From Felis catus (Eukaryota), in assembly GCF_018350175.1 (NCBI RefSeq), contig NC_058382.1, forward strand, positions 55,678,001 to 55,742,000: a DNA stretch of 64,000 bases, given 5' to 3'. A program made the translations under genes and the position numbers. The notes below the pieces were generated by a model, which was given only the letters and a program-made list of their open reading frames with translations, was not told the origin of the DNA and ran no database searches. The first letter of the stretch is position 1; each line of letters starts with the position of its first letter. Shown here piece after piece: positions 37,634 through 50,830 of the stretch.

Positions 37634-37681
<48 letters not shown>
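37634..37681. repeat. (CTAT)12 tetranucleotide STR
   Basis: Read directly. Confidence 0.97.
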
Positions 37682-37682
<1 letters not shown>

Positions 37683-37849
37683 ATCCAACTATCTATCACC
37701 TATTTTATCAATCTATCTGTATGTCTGTCTAGCTGAAATTTGTAAATAAAGCCAAAAGAACCCACCATGTCCTTTCTTCTTTTTCTTGGTGCAGAATTTT
37801 ATTTTTTTCAGCTTTATTGAGATATAATTGACATACAAAATTATAAGAT

Positions 37850-38067
37850 GTTTATTTATTTTACATGTTTATTTTTATTTTTTGAGACTGAGAGAGACAG
37901 AGCGTGAGTAGGGGAGGGGCAGAGAGAGAGGGAGTTAGAATCTGAAGCAGGCTCCAGGCTCTCAGCTGTCAGCACAGAGACTGATGTGGGGCTCAAACTC
38001 AGGAACCGCGAGATCATGACCTGAGCCGAGGTCTGAAGCTTAACCGACTGAGCCACCCAGGCGCCCT
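37850..38067 (-). mobile_element. CanSINE inserted in a short L1MA-type 3' terminus (~37805-38115)
   Basis: SINE body clear; flank cagctttattgagatataattgacatacaaaa is the antisense L1 terminus. Confidence 0.93.
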
Positions 38068-38180
38068 CATACTGTAAGATATTTAAATCACTGTGATGAT
38101 TTGACATTTGCATATCCTTTCAATGTCATGCTAGAATACTCAGTAGCAAGCCCACCTAAAGTTTATTTGACTATTTAAGG

Positions 38181-38398
38181 CAGGGGTCGGCAAACTTTTT
38201 CTATAGAAAACCAGGTGACAAATATTTTAGGCTCTGCAAGCCATATGGTCTTTGTCACAGTTAATCAATTTTGCTGTTGTATTGGAAGCAGCCACAGACA
38301 GTGCATAAGCAAATGTGACTATATTTCAATAAAACTTTATTTACAAAAACATGAGACAGACCAGAATGGCCCGTATGCCTTAGTTTGATGTGTCCCTG
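38181..38398 (+). mobile_element. MER58A hAT-Charlie MITE
   Basis: caggggtcggcaaactttttctatag...aaatattttaggct...caataaaactttatttacaaaaac...ccctg. Confidence 0.9.
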
Positions 38399-39329
38399 AT
38401 CCTGGGGAATGTAATTTTGTTTGACTTACTATTTACTAATAACTGACAAGGTACAAACTGTTTTTGTCTGGTAGAGATGCAAACGATTTATGTGCAATAG
38501 AAAGAAATAACCCCAGTGGTTATGCTTTTATTGCCTTGTAGGACTCTAGCTAGTTTAGAATCTGATTTAGCAAACTTCACCCAGCAGTCCCCCTCCTCTG
38601 TGTATCGATTTCTGTATCCAGCTTTGTCATCCTGCTGGTTCTCTCACTGATAAGTTAAATAAAACTTTGGCATATGCCCATTGTTTATATGGGAATCATG
38701 TTATTAACTTTTTGAAAATTGTACTTCGAGAGCCTGACAGCCCTCAAGAAAAAGAACTTTGTAAGCAGCACGACCTTCAAAGGTCAGCTCAACCTTGCAT
38801 CTGCTGTTTTCTGCCAACAGATCTGTCTGGCTTTCTGTTTGTCTCTCCCTTGCTGTGACCAGATTACTTACTGTCCCTGTGGCCTCACCTTTTGTCCCTA
38901 AGAAGCTCCACTTTTTGAGGACAGGTCATCCTCATCGACAGAGGGATAGTCTTGTTTCTAAACATTTGTGACAGTTCTGCTAAGTACATGCTGTGGCTGG
39001 TGGGATAGTTCCATTAGCAACTCGCTTAGGAAGAGTAACACATTTAGCTAGATTATTAAAAAAAAAGTCTTCACACTTTTTCCTGTTCCAATTTCATCCT
39101 GAAAACAGAACCAAGCCTGTTAATACCCTTAGGGTTTGGCAGAGAGCCTTGTATTCAAGGGTCACACTGCAGCATACTGCCTTAGGGGTTCACTGTCACC
39201 TCCAGTGACCAAGCATCTATGCTCAACATCCCCTTCGTGCCCAGAGCTTTGCCATGTTTTTTTTTTCCTTTTTAATAAGCTGTTTTGTGGTTACTGAATA
39301 CAGGATGTGCTTCTCCACTCTTTCCCCGC

Positions 39330-39570
39330 AGCATCTCATTTGATTCCCCCCTGCCACGGCCGTCCCAGCTACCCTATGAGGCTACCACTGTTTGTGTTAC
39401 CACTACCTTGCACCTGCTGCTGTCTACCGCTGTTTATAAGAGAGGGATCTGAGAATTCAAAAAAGGCTAGTAACTTGCTCAAGGTCACATGGCCAGTAAA
39501 TGGTAGAGCTAGGGTTTTGATCTAGTTCTGTCTACCCCCAAAACTCAAGCCCTTAGTCTGTATTGTATGG
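39330..39570 (-). mobile_element. MIR
   Basis: taacttgctcaaggtcacatggccagtaaatggtagagctaggg. Confidence 0.75.
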
Positions 39571-40207
39571 TCTCCCCAACTTCCCTCTCCTAGATCAGCT
39601 GCCTGGGCATGTCCTTAGATCAGACCTAGTTTCATTCTTGGGCCTTTATGATGATGACAGATAAGATTATGCTAATACTAAAATTTATTTCTTCTTTTTC
39701 TTCTTTAAAAATCAATACTTTAGTTGTTTTTTTTTTTTTATAGTTTTAGGTTCACAGCAAAATCAAAGGAAAATTACAGAGCTTTTTTATATGCTCCCTG
39801 CCCCCAAACATGCATAGCATTTCCTATTATCAATATCACTCACCAGATTGGACTGATTACAATTGATGAACCTACAGTGATCCATCATAATCACCCAAAG
39901 TCCATAGTTACATCATAGTTCACTCTCAGTGTTGTACATTCTGTGGGTCTGGACACATGTATAATGACATGTATCTATCGTTATGATATCATACAAGAGT
40001 AGTTTTACTGCCCTAATCATCCCTCTCTCTCCTCTAATCTCTGGAAACTACTGATTTTTTTACTGTCTCCACAATTTTATCTTTTTCATAATGTGATATA
40101 GTTGGAATCATAAGCATGTAGCCTTATCAGATTGGCTTCTTTCACTTAGTAATATGTATTTAAGGTTCTTCTCTGTCTTCTTATGGCTTAATAATGCATT
40201 TCTTTTT

Positions 40208-40320
40208 TTGTTTTTATGTTTTGTTTATGGAAGTAATGTCTGCACCCCATGTGGGGCTTGGACCCACGACTCTGAGATCAAGAGTGCACACTCTTCCAAC
40301 TGAGCCAGACAGATGGCCCT
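40208..40320 (-). mobile_element. Older short CanSINE
   Basis: agtaatgtctgcaccccatgtggggcttggacccacgactctgagatcaagagt...actgagccagacag. Confidence 0.85.
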
Positions 40321-40329
40321 GAGTTTCTT

Positions 40330-40649
40330 TTTAGTGATGAATAATATTCCATTGTTTGGATGTACCACAGTTTATTTATCCATTCACCTACTAAAGGACA
40401 TTTTGCTTGCTTCCAAATTTTGGGGAATAGGAAGATAGCTACTGCAAATATCCATGTGCAGGTTTTTGTGTGGGCATAAGTTTTCAACTTCTTTGGGTAC
40501 ATACCAAGGACTACACTGGCTGGATTGCACGGTAAGAGTGTGTTTAGTTTTGTAAGAATCCACCAGACTGTCTTCTGAAGTGGCTGTGCCATGTTACGTT
40601 CCCACCAGCAGTGAATGAGAATTCCTGTTGCTTCCCATCTTGCCAGCAT
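40330..40649 (-). pseudogene. L1 ORF2 C-terminal remnant
   Basis: GILIHCWWE...QPLQKTVW...LGMYPKKLKTYAHTKTCTWIF...KCPLVGEWINKLWYIQTMEYYS. Confidence 0.9.
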
Positions 40650-40911
40650 TTGGTGTTGTCAGTGTTCTGGATTTGAGCCATCCTAATAGGTCTATAGGGA
40701 TATCTCATTGTTGTTTTAACTTGTGTTTCCCTGATGGCATATCACATGGAGCATCTTTTCATGTAATTATTAGCATCTACATATCTTCTTTGGAGTGGTG
40801 TCTGTTAAGGTCCTTCGTCCATTTTTAGATTGGGTTGTTTCTTTTTTTTACTGTGTAACTTTCAGAGTTCTTTGTATACTTTGGATGAGTCATTTACCAG
40901 ATGGGTGTTTT

Positions 40912-40972
40912 TCTTTTTATTTATTTATATTTTTAAAATGTTTATTTATTTATTTATTTATTTTATTTTATT

Positions 40973-41039
<67 letters not shown>

Positions 41040-41175
41040 TTTTGAGAAGTGAGGGGCAGAGGGAGAGGGAGAGAGAGAATCCCAAGCAGTTCCTTGCTGC
41101 CAGTGCAGAGTTCGATGAAGGGCTCCATCCCATGAAACAGTTGGACACTTAACTGACTGAGCCACCCAGATGGCC
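40912..41175 (-). mobile_element. CanSINE with long (TTTA)n tail and internal deletion
   Basis: TSD ccagat(gg/at)gtgtttt at 40897-40911 and 41176-41190. Confidence 0.93.
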
Positions 41176-41753
41176 CCAGATATGTGTTTTTAAAATATTT
41201 TTTTCCCCAGTCTGTATCTTATCTTCTAATTCCCTTGACACTGGTTTTTGGTTTTGTTTTTTTTTACAGAGCAGAAGTTTTTAATTTTAATGAAGTCCAC
41301 CTTATTATTTATTTTATGGATTGAGCATTTGATGTTATACATAAAAAGTCATCACTATACCTAAAGTCCTCTATATTTTCTCCTATGTTATCTTCTAGGA
41401 GTTTATTTTTTCCAATTACATTTAGGTCTGTGGTCCATTTTGGGTTAATGTTTGTGAAGGGTATAAGGTCTGTGTCTAGATTCATTTTTCTACCTGTGGA
41501 TGCTCAGTTGTTCCAGCATGATTTGTTGAAGAGACTAACTTTTTTCCATTGAATTGCTTTTGCTCCTTGGCTCCTGTATTCTGTTCCACTGATCTATTTG
41601 TCTGTTCTTTTACCAGTGCCACACTGTCTTGATGACTGTAGCTTTAAAATAAGTCTTGAAGCCAGATAGTGTCAGTCCTGCAACATGTTCTTCGACAATA
41701 TCATGTTGGCTATTCTGAGTCTCTTGCCTCTGCATATAAACATCTGCAAAATT

Positions 41754-41971
41754 GGGGCACCTGGGTGGTGCAGTCGGTTAAGCGTCCGACTTCAGCCAGG
41801 TCACGATCTCGCGGTCCGGGAGTTCGAGCCCCGCGTCAGGCTCTGGGCTGATGGCTCGGAGCCTGGAGCCTGTTTCCGATGCTGTGTCTCCCTCTCTCTC
41901 TGCCCCTCCCCTGTTCATGCTATGTTTCTCTCTGTCCCAAAAATAAATAAAAAACATTGAAAAAAAAATTT
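41754..41971 (+). mobile_element. Young CanSINE (cagccaggtcacgatctcgcggtcc subtype)
   Basis: Perfect 17-bp TSD taaacatctgcaaaatt at 41737-41753 and 41972-41988; CpGs intact. Confidence 0.98.
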
Positions 41972-42297
41972 TAAACATCTGCAAAATTACCTGCTAAGAT
42001 TTCAATTTGGATTGCATTGAATATGGATCAAGTTGGGAGGAACGGTCATCTTGCCAATTTTGATGCCTTCTATCCATGAATATGGGATATCTCCTTATTT
42101 ATTTAGTTCTTTTTCGATTTCTTTCATCAGGGGTTTGTAGTTTTCCTCATATAGACCTTATACATATTTCATTCAATTTATACCTAAGTATTTCATTTCT
42201 GGGTGCTAATGTAAATGATACTGTTTTTAGTTTCAGATTCTACTTGTTCATTGTTAGTGTATAGGAAAGGAGTTGACATTTGTATATTAACCTTGTG

Positions 42298-42630
42298 TCA
42301 CACAACCTCACTGTAATCACTGATTAGTTTTAACTTTTCTTGTGAATATTTTGGATTTCCTATAAAGGTGATCATGTCATCTGAGAACAAAGACAGTTTT
42401 ATTTCTTCCTTCTCAATCCATATACTTTTAATTTCTTTTTCTTGTCCTATTGGACTAGGTATAACTTCCAGAATAATGTTGAAAAGGAATGCTGAGAGAG
42501 GACATACTTGCTTTGTAACAGATCTTAGTGGCAAAGCTTTGAGTTTCTCACCATTGGATATGACATTAGTTATATTTTTATAACTACCCTTTATCAAGTT
42601 GAGGAAGTTTTTATCATGAAAGAGTATCAA
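42298..42630 (-). pseudogene. L1 ORF2 reverse-transcriptase remnant
   Basis: NGEKLKALPLRSVTKQVCPLSAFLFNIILEV...KEEIKLSLFSDDMI (cf. GTRQGCPLSPLLFNIVLEV...LFADDMI). Confidence 0.92.
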
Positions 42631-45211
42631 ATTTAGTTAAATGCTTTTTTCTGTGTATTGATATGATGATGTGATTTTTCTTTTTTAGTCTCTTGGTGTA
42701 ATGGATTACATTAATTGACTTCCAAATGTTGAATCAGCCTTGCATACCTGAGATAAATACCACTTGGTCATGATGTATTCTCCTTTTTATACATTGTTGG
42801 ATTTCATTTACTCACATTTTGTTGAGGATTTTTGCATCTGTGTTTATGAGACATAATGGTCTGTTTATTTTTTCTTATAATTTATTCCTTTGCCTGGTTT
42901 TAGTATCAGGGTAAAGCTGGCCTCATAGAATGTGTTAGGAGATAATCCTTCTGCATATATATTCTGAAAGAGATTATATAATTTCTTTGTATAATTTCTT
43001 CTTTAGATTTTGTTAGAAGTCACTAGTAAACCCATTTGGGCTTGATGCTTTCTTTTCATTTTGCTTTAATTTTTGTGTATGGAGCTAGGTAGGGGTTGAG
43101 GGGTGTGTGTGTGTGTGTGTGTGTGTGTACAATGTGTGTGTATATATATGTACATGTGTATGTATATACAAATACATGTATATTTGTATGATTTTTCTAG
43201 CATCAGTTTGTTGAAAAGACTATTCTTTCTCAACAAACAAACACAAAGACTATTCTCCATTAAATCACCTTTGAATCTTTGTAAAAACTCAGTTGTCCAC
43301 GCATGTGTATTTCTGGGCTCTCTATTCTTTTACATTTGTCTTTTTGTCTACCTGTTCACTGGTACAATACTGTCTTGATTGTTTTCTACAAGTAGTCTCA
43401 CAGTTGTAGTGTGAATCTTCCCAAGTTTTTCTTCCCATTCACAGTTATTTTGGTTATTCTGAGTCTTCTGCATTTCTAAATAAATTTTAGAACCAGATGG
43501 TGAATTTCTAAAAAAAATATCTGCTGGGATTTTTATTAAGAATGGTTTGAATCTACATATCCATTTGAGAAGAAGATTTTACATATTAACAGTGTTGAGT
43601 CTTTTGATACATAAGCATGGTATCTCTCCATTTACGTAGGCTTTTAATATTTCTGAACAATGTTTTGTAGTTTTCAGCATACATGTCCTGCACGTTTTGG
43701 TCAGTTTATCTCTATGTATTTCATAATTTTGATGGTATTGTAAATAGTATTGTTGTTTAATTTTAAATTCTGATTATTTGTTACTAGTATGTAATACAGT
43801 TTTTAAATATATTGATCTTATATCCTTAATCATTCCCAAACTCTTGGATTAGTTTCAGAATTTTTTTTGTACATCATATGAGAATTTTTCTTTTTACATA
43901 GTTGATCGTGTCACTGGTGAATAAGGGTAGCATTAGTTCAGTCTCAATGTTTTTATTTATTTATTATTTTTTTTTGGCCTTATTTCACTGGCTGTAACCC
44001 CAGGACAATGTTTAATAGAAATGGTGAGATTGTATATTCTTGCTTATTCCTGATTTTAGAGGTAAAATATTTAGCTCTTCACCATTAAGAATTATGTTAG
44101 CTACATTATTTTTGTAGATATCCTTATCTGATTGAGGAGTTCTGTTCTTAGTTTGTTGAGATTTTTTTAAAAATCAGAATTAAATGGTGGATTTTGTTGA
44201 ATGCTTTTTGTGAATCACTTGAAATTATTAAATGGCTAAGTTTTAAAATTTTCTATCATTAATTACTTTGATTTTCAAATGTTAAATCAAACTTCTATTC
44301 CTGGGATAATCTCACTTGGTCATGATGTATTATTATTTTATACATTGTTGAATTCAATGTGCTCATATGTTGTTACTATTTTTTTTCATCTATATTCATG
44401 AGAGACACTGGCCTGTGGTTTTCTTTTTTTTTTTTTTTTTCCTTTTTCTTTTGCAATGCTTCTCTTTCTCTTTTGAAGCAGAGTAAAGGGCCTCATAGAA
44501 TTAGTTCAGAAGTATTCCCTTCTCTTCAATTCTCTGAAAAGTTTGCCTAGAATTGGGATTATTATTCCCTTAAATGTTTGGTAGCAGTTCCTTTGCAACC
44601 ACCTGAACCTGGAGTTTTCTTTGTGGGAGTTTTTAACAACTAATCTGTTTGTTGTTTTGCTATTTAGGTAATCTAGCTCTTCTTGAGTAAACTTGGAAAG
44701 TTTGTGCCTTTTGAGTCATTGGTCCATTTCGTCTAAGTTGTTAAATTTATTGGCATAAATTGTTTACAATATTTTCTTATTATCCTTTGGCAATATGTAG
44801 AATCTATAGTGATGTTACCTGTTGTACTTCTAATATTGGAAATTTGTGTCTTTCTTTTTTCCTGATGGCTAGATTTTTTTTTTTTTTCAATGTTATTGAG
44901 CTTCTCAAGGAACCAAGTTTTGGTCTTATTGTTTTTCTGTGTTGTTTTCTAATTCAGTGATTTCCATGCTGATGTTTATTTCCTTCCTTTTGGTTACTTT
45001 GGGTTTTATTTGCTCCTCTTTTTCTAGTTTTTGTGGTGGAAGTTGAAGTCGTTGATTTGAGACCTTTCTGTTTTTCTCATATAAGCATTTTAGTGTTATA
45101 AATTTTCCTATAAGTACTGCTCTAACTACATTTAGCAAATTTTGAATAAATTGTGTTTTCATTTTCACTGAATTGAAAATACTCTTGGTTTCTTCTTGAC
45201 TCATTATTTAG

Positions 45212-45373
45212 ATTTTTTTTTTTTTTAAGTTTTTTTATTTTGAGGCAGGGAGGGGCAGAAAGGGAGAGAGAAAATCCCAAGCAACGTGGGGCTAAAACCC
45301 ATGAACTGTGAGATGATGACTAGAGCTGAAATCAAGAGATGGACCCTTAACTGACGGACCCACCCTGGCGCCC
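45212..45373 (-). mobile_element. CanSINE, internally deleted
   Basis: ggggcagaaagggagagagaaaatcccaagca...ctgtgagatgatgac...caccctggcgccc. Confidence 0.9.
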
Positions 45374-45898
45374 TGACTCTTGGGTTATTTAGCAGTGTGT
45401 TACTTAGTTTCCAAATATCTAGAAGATTTTCGACATCTCTTTCCGTTCTTAATTTGTAATTTAATCCCACTGTGGGCAGAGAACACACATTATATGACTT
45501 GAACCCTTGTAAATTTGTTGAGACTTATTTTTTGGCCTTTAATATGAGCTGTTTTTATATATATTACATGTACATCTGAAAAGAATGTTTACTGTTGATA
45601 AGTGTTACAGTAATGTCACTTTAGATTAAGTTGGTTGAGTGTTGTCTAAGCTTTTTTTCTTTTTTCTTTTTACTGATTTTCTGTGGTTTATCGATAATTA
45701 AAAGCGGAGTATTGAAATCTTTGACAAAAATGACACTTTATATATTTCTCATGGAAGTTTCCATCACTTCTGGATTTACTTGGTTTAGGTATGTGATATT
45801 CCTGATGAATTGACTTCTATCATCTGAAGTGGCTATATTTAATTTTGGTGAAGTTTTTTTAAACTTTGTCTGATATTAATGTAGCCTCCTCATTTTTA

Positions 45899-46003
45899 AA
45901 AAAGATTTTATTTTTAAGTAATCTCTACACCCAACATGGGGCTTAGATTCAAAACCTTGAAATCAAGAGTCACATGCTTTTCTGACTGAGAGCCAGGTGC
46001 CCC
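45899..46003 (-). mobile_element. Older short CanSINE
   Basis: aagtaatctctacacccaacatggggctt...aaatcaagagtcacatgct; TSD-like tagcctc(c/t)tc flanks. Confidence 0.88.
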
Positions 46004-46654
46004 TAGCCTCTTCTTTTTAATCTCAAATAGTATTAGCATGATATATATCTTTTCATCAATTTACCTTTAATTTTTATATTTAATATGAGTTTCTTATAGG
46101 CAGCATGTAAGGGTATTACTTTTTTTGTATCCAACTTGACAATTTGATTTTTAATTGAGGGATTTAGGTTATTTACATTTAATTTGAGTATTGTGCTTGG
46201 GCTTACATACATATATTTGGGCTACATCCTTTTCTTTGTTTTCTGTTGTCTCCTTTTAAATCCTTTTTTACTATTTTTCCACTTTGTTTTTGGATTAATT
46301 TTCCTGATTCCATTTTTTGTCCTTTGTTGGTTTATTAGCTATAAGTTTTCATTGTGTTATTTTAGTGGTTGCTTCAGGGTTTAAAACTTTACATACATGT
46401 GCTTATATATGTATGTATGTGTACGTGTGTGAATACTTTAAGCAGTTGTTTTAATAAATATTTAAGTGATAAAATTAAGTGGTGAGAAAAAAATTATTGT
46501 ATTCATACAGGCAGTTAAAATTTTTGAATCCAGGTTTATATCTGGAATAATTTTTTTTCTTCATAAATGACCTTTTAATAATTTTTGAGTTACAAGTCTG
46601 CCGTTATAAATTCTTTCACATTGTGGTGTGTCTGAAAAAGTATTTGGCTTAAAT

Positions 46655-47110
46655 TTTTTTTTTATTTGATTGTGGTTGTCACACAATGTTACATTAGTTT
46701 CAGATGTACAACATAGTGATTCATCAGGTTTATACACGATGCTATGCTCACCACAAGTGTAGCCACCATCTGTTACCATACAATGCTATTATCATATCAT
46801 TGACGATATTTCTTATGCTGTGCCTTTTGTATCTGTGACTGATTCATTCCATAGCTGGAAGCCTGTATCTCCCTCTCCTCTTTACTCATTTTGCCCATCC
46901 TCGTAACCCCCTTCCCTCTGGCAGTTATCAGTTTGTTCTCTGTATTTACAGATGTGATTCTGATTTTTATTTGTCTATTCATTTTTTTTTTTTTTAGATT
47001 CCTTATATAGGTGACATAATATAGTATTTGTCTTTCCCACACTGATTCGTTTCACTTAGTGTAATACCCTCTAGGCCCATCCATGTTTTCTCAAATGTCA
47101 TGAACCCATC
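46655..47110 (-). mobile_element. Carnivore L1 3' UTR (L1_Carn-like)
   Basis: cacacaatgttacattagtttcagatgtacaacatagtgattc...gctatgctcaccacaagtgtagccaccatctg. Confidence 0.9.
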
Positions 47111-47112
47111 CA

Positions 47113-47319
47113 TTTTTTTTAAGTTTATTTATTTATTTTGAGAAAGAGAGAGCACAAGTGGGGGGAGGGGCAGAGACAGGGTGAATCAGAATCCCAAGCA
47201 TGCTCCCCACCATCAATGCTGAGCACCACACAGGGCTCGAACACACTAACTGTGAGATCATGACCTGAGCCAATATCAAGAGTCAGATGCTTAACTGACT
47301 GAGCCACCCATATGCCTCC
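47113..47319 (-). mobile_element. CanSINE
   Basis: tttatttatttattttgaga...ctgtgagatcatgacctgagcc...ctgagccaccca. Confidence 0.95.
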
Positions 47320-47389
47320 CATGGTACTCCATCTTGGCCAGAAACAGAAATCAAGCCAAGATACTATTCAGTTAAAGGAAGCTATACTA

Positions 47390-47457
47390 ACATATATATC
47401 TGGTAGTAGGCATAAACTGGACTGTCTCAGACAAACTGGGATGTGTGGTTACTCTGT
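47390..47457 (-). mobile_element. MER94-like hAT-Blackjack fragment
   Basis: aggcataaactggactgtctcagacaaactgggatgtgtggttactct. Confidence 0.65.
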
Positions 47458-50310
47458 ATGTATAAAGTACCTAACCTGAATTAATTCAATTAGTTTAAAC
47501 AGTAACTCTTTGGAATAGCTGATAGCAGTTAGCTTCATCCACCCATGAGATAACGTGAGGTGGGTAGATGTTAACTCAGATTCCACAGGCAAGTTGTAAG
47601 TGGTGTAGCAGGGATTTGAACTCAAGAACACTGTTCCTGAGCCCAGGCTGATTGGCACTTGTCACCATCACTACTGTCAACACACCTTGGGAAGGTTAGA
47701 ATTAGATGATGTTACCTACAAGACCCAGTTTCCAGTAGACCCTGCATCAGCGCTGGGCCCTGGGAGCCTTCTGAGGTCCAGATCTTTTTTTGTTTCCTTC
47801 TTTATTGATTTCATGGAAGCTCTGAGCTCTGTTCCCCTCTCACCTCTTCCATCCAGTGTGGTTTGCTTATTTCTCCTGCCAGTTAACCTGAGGCCTGGGA
47901 CTCAGCCTAGTGTCTCCATGCTCCTCTGACCTCAAAACTGGCATCCCCTGCTGAATCCTGATCAAACCACGGCAGGATGTGCTGTGCTTATTGAGTTTTG
48001 CATCTGTCCTTGGGGTGCTGGTTCCCTTGAACCTATTGGCTACCTGGCCAACCAGCTCTGCCTCACTCACCCTCTCTATCAATCTCTCTGTTGTCCTCCT
48101 GTCCCCTCATGCATCATACATATTATGACACCAATTATATCTCATAGACAGACTACTATAGTAGTCCCCTGAGAGATAAGGCCACCTTAGCATTGAACAC
48201 ACTCATGAAACTAAACTCCCCATTTGCATTCAGTCCTGTCTCTTCCATCAGTCCACCAGCTGGGGGGAAAAAGCCACATCAAGCAGGCCGATTTAAAGCA
48301 GCACACTGATTATACAAGCTTAAGCACTTTTCCTCCAAGTTTCCCCTTCCCTCCTTCCCATCATTCAGCTCTCCTCCTCTCTCCCTGCCCATCACTGTCT
48401 CTGGAGGCCACCCACAGTGGTCTCTTCTTTGTTTCCCTATCTCTAGTCGGCCAAGGATATGCCTTTGTTCCCTTATCTTGCCTTGTTCAGGAATGTTATC
48501 TGTGTGGAGGCCTAATTTGTTTCATCACCTCCTTCACCTCCCCAAGACCTTCACTCCACTGCTTTCTTACAAAGGTCAACTCTAGTCCCCTCTCTCAGGA
48601 ATTTGCTCCTTATCTATGTAGCAAGGATGCATTTTATTCCCCAACACCATGGGGCAAGACATGGCACATTCCCGTAGTTGTGTAAATCAAGTTTAATCTG
48701 CAGTAGCAGAAAATTCAATCTTTGTCCTTACCTGAGATTCTTCTTCTACTTCCTACCTCATACAGTCCAGCAGAGGCTCAGGAAGTCTTTGCAGGGCAGC
48801 ATTACCAAGGAAGGGTCCACTTGCCTTGGCCTACACGGGTCACCACTTACAGGCTCATTCTTCCAGCCTTGAAGTTCACTTGAAGGGAAAACCCTGAGGT
48901 TTCCATGCCAAGCTTGGGCACGGCTCTGTGGTTCTTGGGACTAAAGCTTCCACTGTTCAGTCACGACCCCAGCCACCAACAGGCATGGACCAGCTCATGT
49001 GGGAACTGCAAAGGACTTTGTGCTTGTTGTCTTGCTGAATAAATATTTACCTGTCTTCAAATCAAGTTTCCTGAAAAAGCCCAAGCATCTAACTTTCCCT
49101 TCTGTCTATATAGTATAACCTACTGTAACATTTCTCAGAGAGGCAAGGCTTTTGGAAAAAAAATAGCTAGGAAGGACATTTTCTTCTCTGCCTGGCAGAC
49201 CTGCTGTTTTTTTTTTGTTTTTGTTTTTGTTTTTGTTTTTTAAGCTCTGGCCCACTAAAGCACAACAAGGCAACATTATACAAAGAAGGGACTACCTTTC
49301 TGAGTCTGCAAGAGAAAACTAACCTACAGTAGGGAAGACAAAACACACATTTATATCTTTATATTCTGGTTCCTGTTACTTGTTAGCTACATGACCTTGG
49401 GCAGGTCTGATTTTCTTTATCTATAAACTTGGGATTATAAAAACTCTGCCTTCCTACTTCTTAGGGTTGTTTTTGAGAATTTAATTAATGGAGGTATAAA
49501 TGTGTAGGGCAGTGCTGTAAAGTGTTAGCCATTGTTACTATTTGCTAATTATACTGCTTGTGAGATTTTCTGTGCTGTCCATTTTCTGCAAGCCATCACA
49601 TTTTATTCAAAGTCAGCACTTAAGGTGAATACCTTGTATAGCCCAAATTACCTCCAAATTCCCCTGGAGACTAGCCCTCATATTTTCTGATAAGTCAACC
49701 CAGCCGGTTTTCCTGCTAGCACTAAATCCAATTGTGTTGTTGTGGGTTGAGCTCCAGATAAAGGCATTGCTTACAGATTTATACTTCCCTCTCACAGTCA
49801 ATCTGGAGCAGGCATTCATTTATTGAAAAATGGTAGGATAATCCACACTGCTTAATTTTGCCCTCTTTCTCTGTACTGAGTGCATATGGTTGAATTCACA
49901 TAAGTTAAACACGAATAAACTCTAATTCCAAGGCTGCCTGACGTCCATCCTGTCCTAAGCACAGACAGGTAAGAAGCTGAAGTCCCTTTCTATTTCAGGG
50001 GCGGTCATGATAACATTTGCCAGGCAGGGCAGAAATGAGAAGTTCAAAGAGTCATCCTTCAATACCCTCATGATGCTCAAAGGCAGGTGATTTGCTCCTC
50101 CATTGGAATCTTCACTGGGGCCTCATCTCTCCCTTGTCACAATATTTAGTGAAATCTTTGGGTGGTTTACACTAGGCATGAAGTGGTGTGTATTAAGCTT
50201 CACTATGGTATGTTCTTCATCCTTGGTAGACAGTGTACAAGGATTATACAACTGTATGTTACTGTTGAGCATAACCTGTAATTTCTGCTCATATCAGGGT
50301 AGACTCTTCT

Positions 50311-50409
50311 TTTTTTTAAATATGTATTTATTTTGAGAAAGAGAGAGAGTGAGAGGCAGGCAGAGAGAGAGAGATAGAGAGAGAGGGAGAGAGAGAGAAG
50401 CAGGCAGGC

Positions 50410-50474
<65 letters not shown>

Positions 50475-50571
50475 TAAGCAGGCTCGATGCTATCAGCACC
50501 CTATGTGGGGCTTGAACTCATGAGCCGAAACCGAGTCAGATGCTTGACCAACTGAGCCACCCAGGTGCCCC
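50311..50571 (-). mobile_element. CanSINE with expanded (GA)n and internal deletions
   Basis: TSD tagactcttct at 50300-50310 and 50577-50587. Confidence 0.95.
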
Positions 50572-50649
50572 AAAAATAGACTCTTCTAAAGGGGTTGATG
50601 TAGGCAAATATTAGCCACATACACTTGAATGGAGGGAAAAATAAAAACT

Positions 50650-50830
50650 GAGATAATAATCTACTGGATCAGGCACCCAGAGATTTTTGGTTTCTCCTGC
50701 CTTGGTCATTAATTCACCATGTTGTCTCTGGTGAGTCCTTTTTCCTTCCTGAGACACAGTTTTCTCACCTGTGAGATGAGGGAGTTGCACATGATGACTT
50801 CCCAGCTCTACTGTCCTATATTCTGTGACT
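50650..50830 (+). mobile_element. MIR/MIR3
   Basis: cagttttctcacctgtgagatgaggg...cccagctcta...ttctgtgact. Confidence 0.65.

Larger units (their letters stand above)
39725..43055 (-). mobile_element. L1MC1-like element, 3' UTR plus ORF2 3' half, 5'-truncated
   Basis: 3' UTR tagttttaggttcacagcaaaat...catcataatcacccaaagtccatagtt; ORF2 remnants listed separately. Confidence 0.92.
43056..46650 (-). mobile_element. Second, older L1M element (ORF2 RT through endonuclease region)
   Basis: Repeats ORF2 landmarks already seen at 41450-43050, then continues 5'; ORF 44926-45204 IQNLLNVVRAVLIGKFITL...KLEKEEQIKPK matches the ORF2 linker. Confidence 0.88.

Noticed and set aside
40278..45204. L1 ORF2 fragments as an active or domesticated gene
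   Set aside because: Multiple stops, frameshifts and SINE insertions; the catalytic motif is altered to FSDD.
48727..49010. Minus-strand acceptor with two donors
   Set aside because: Stops in all three frames; no support beyond short motifs.
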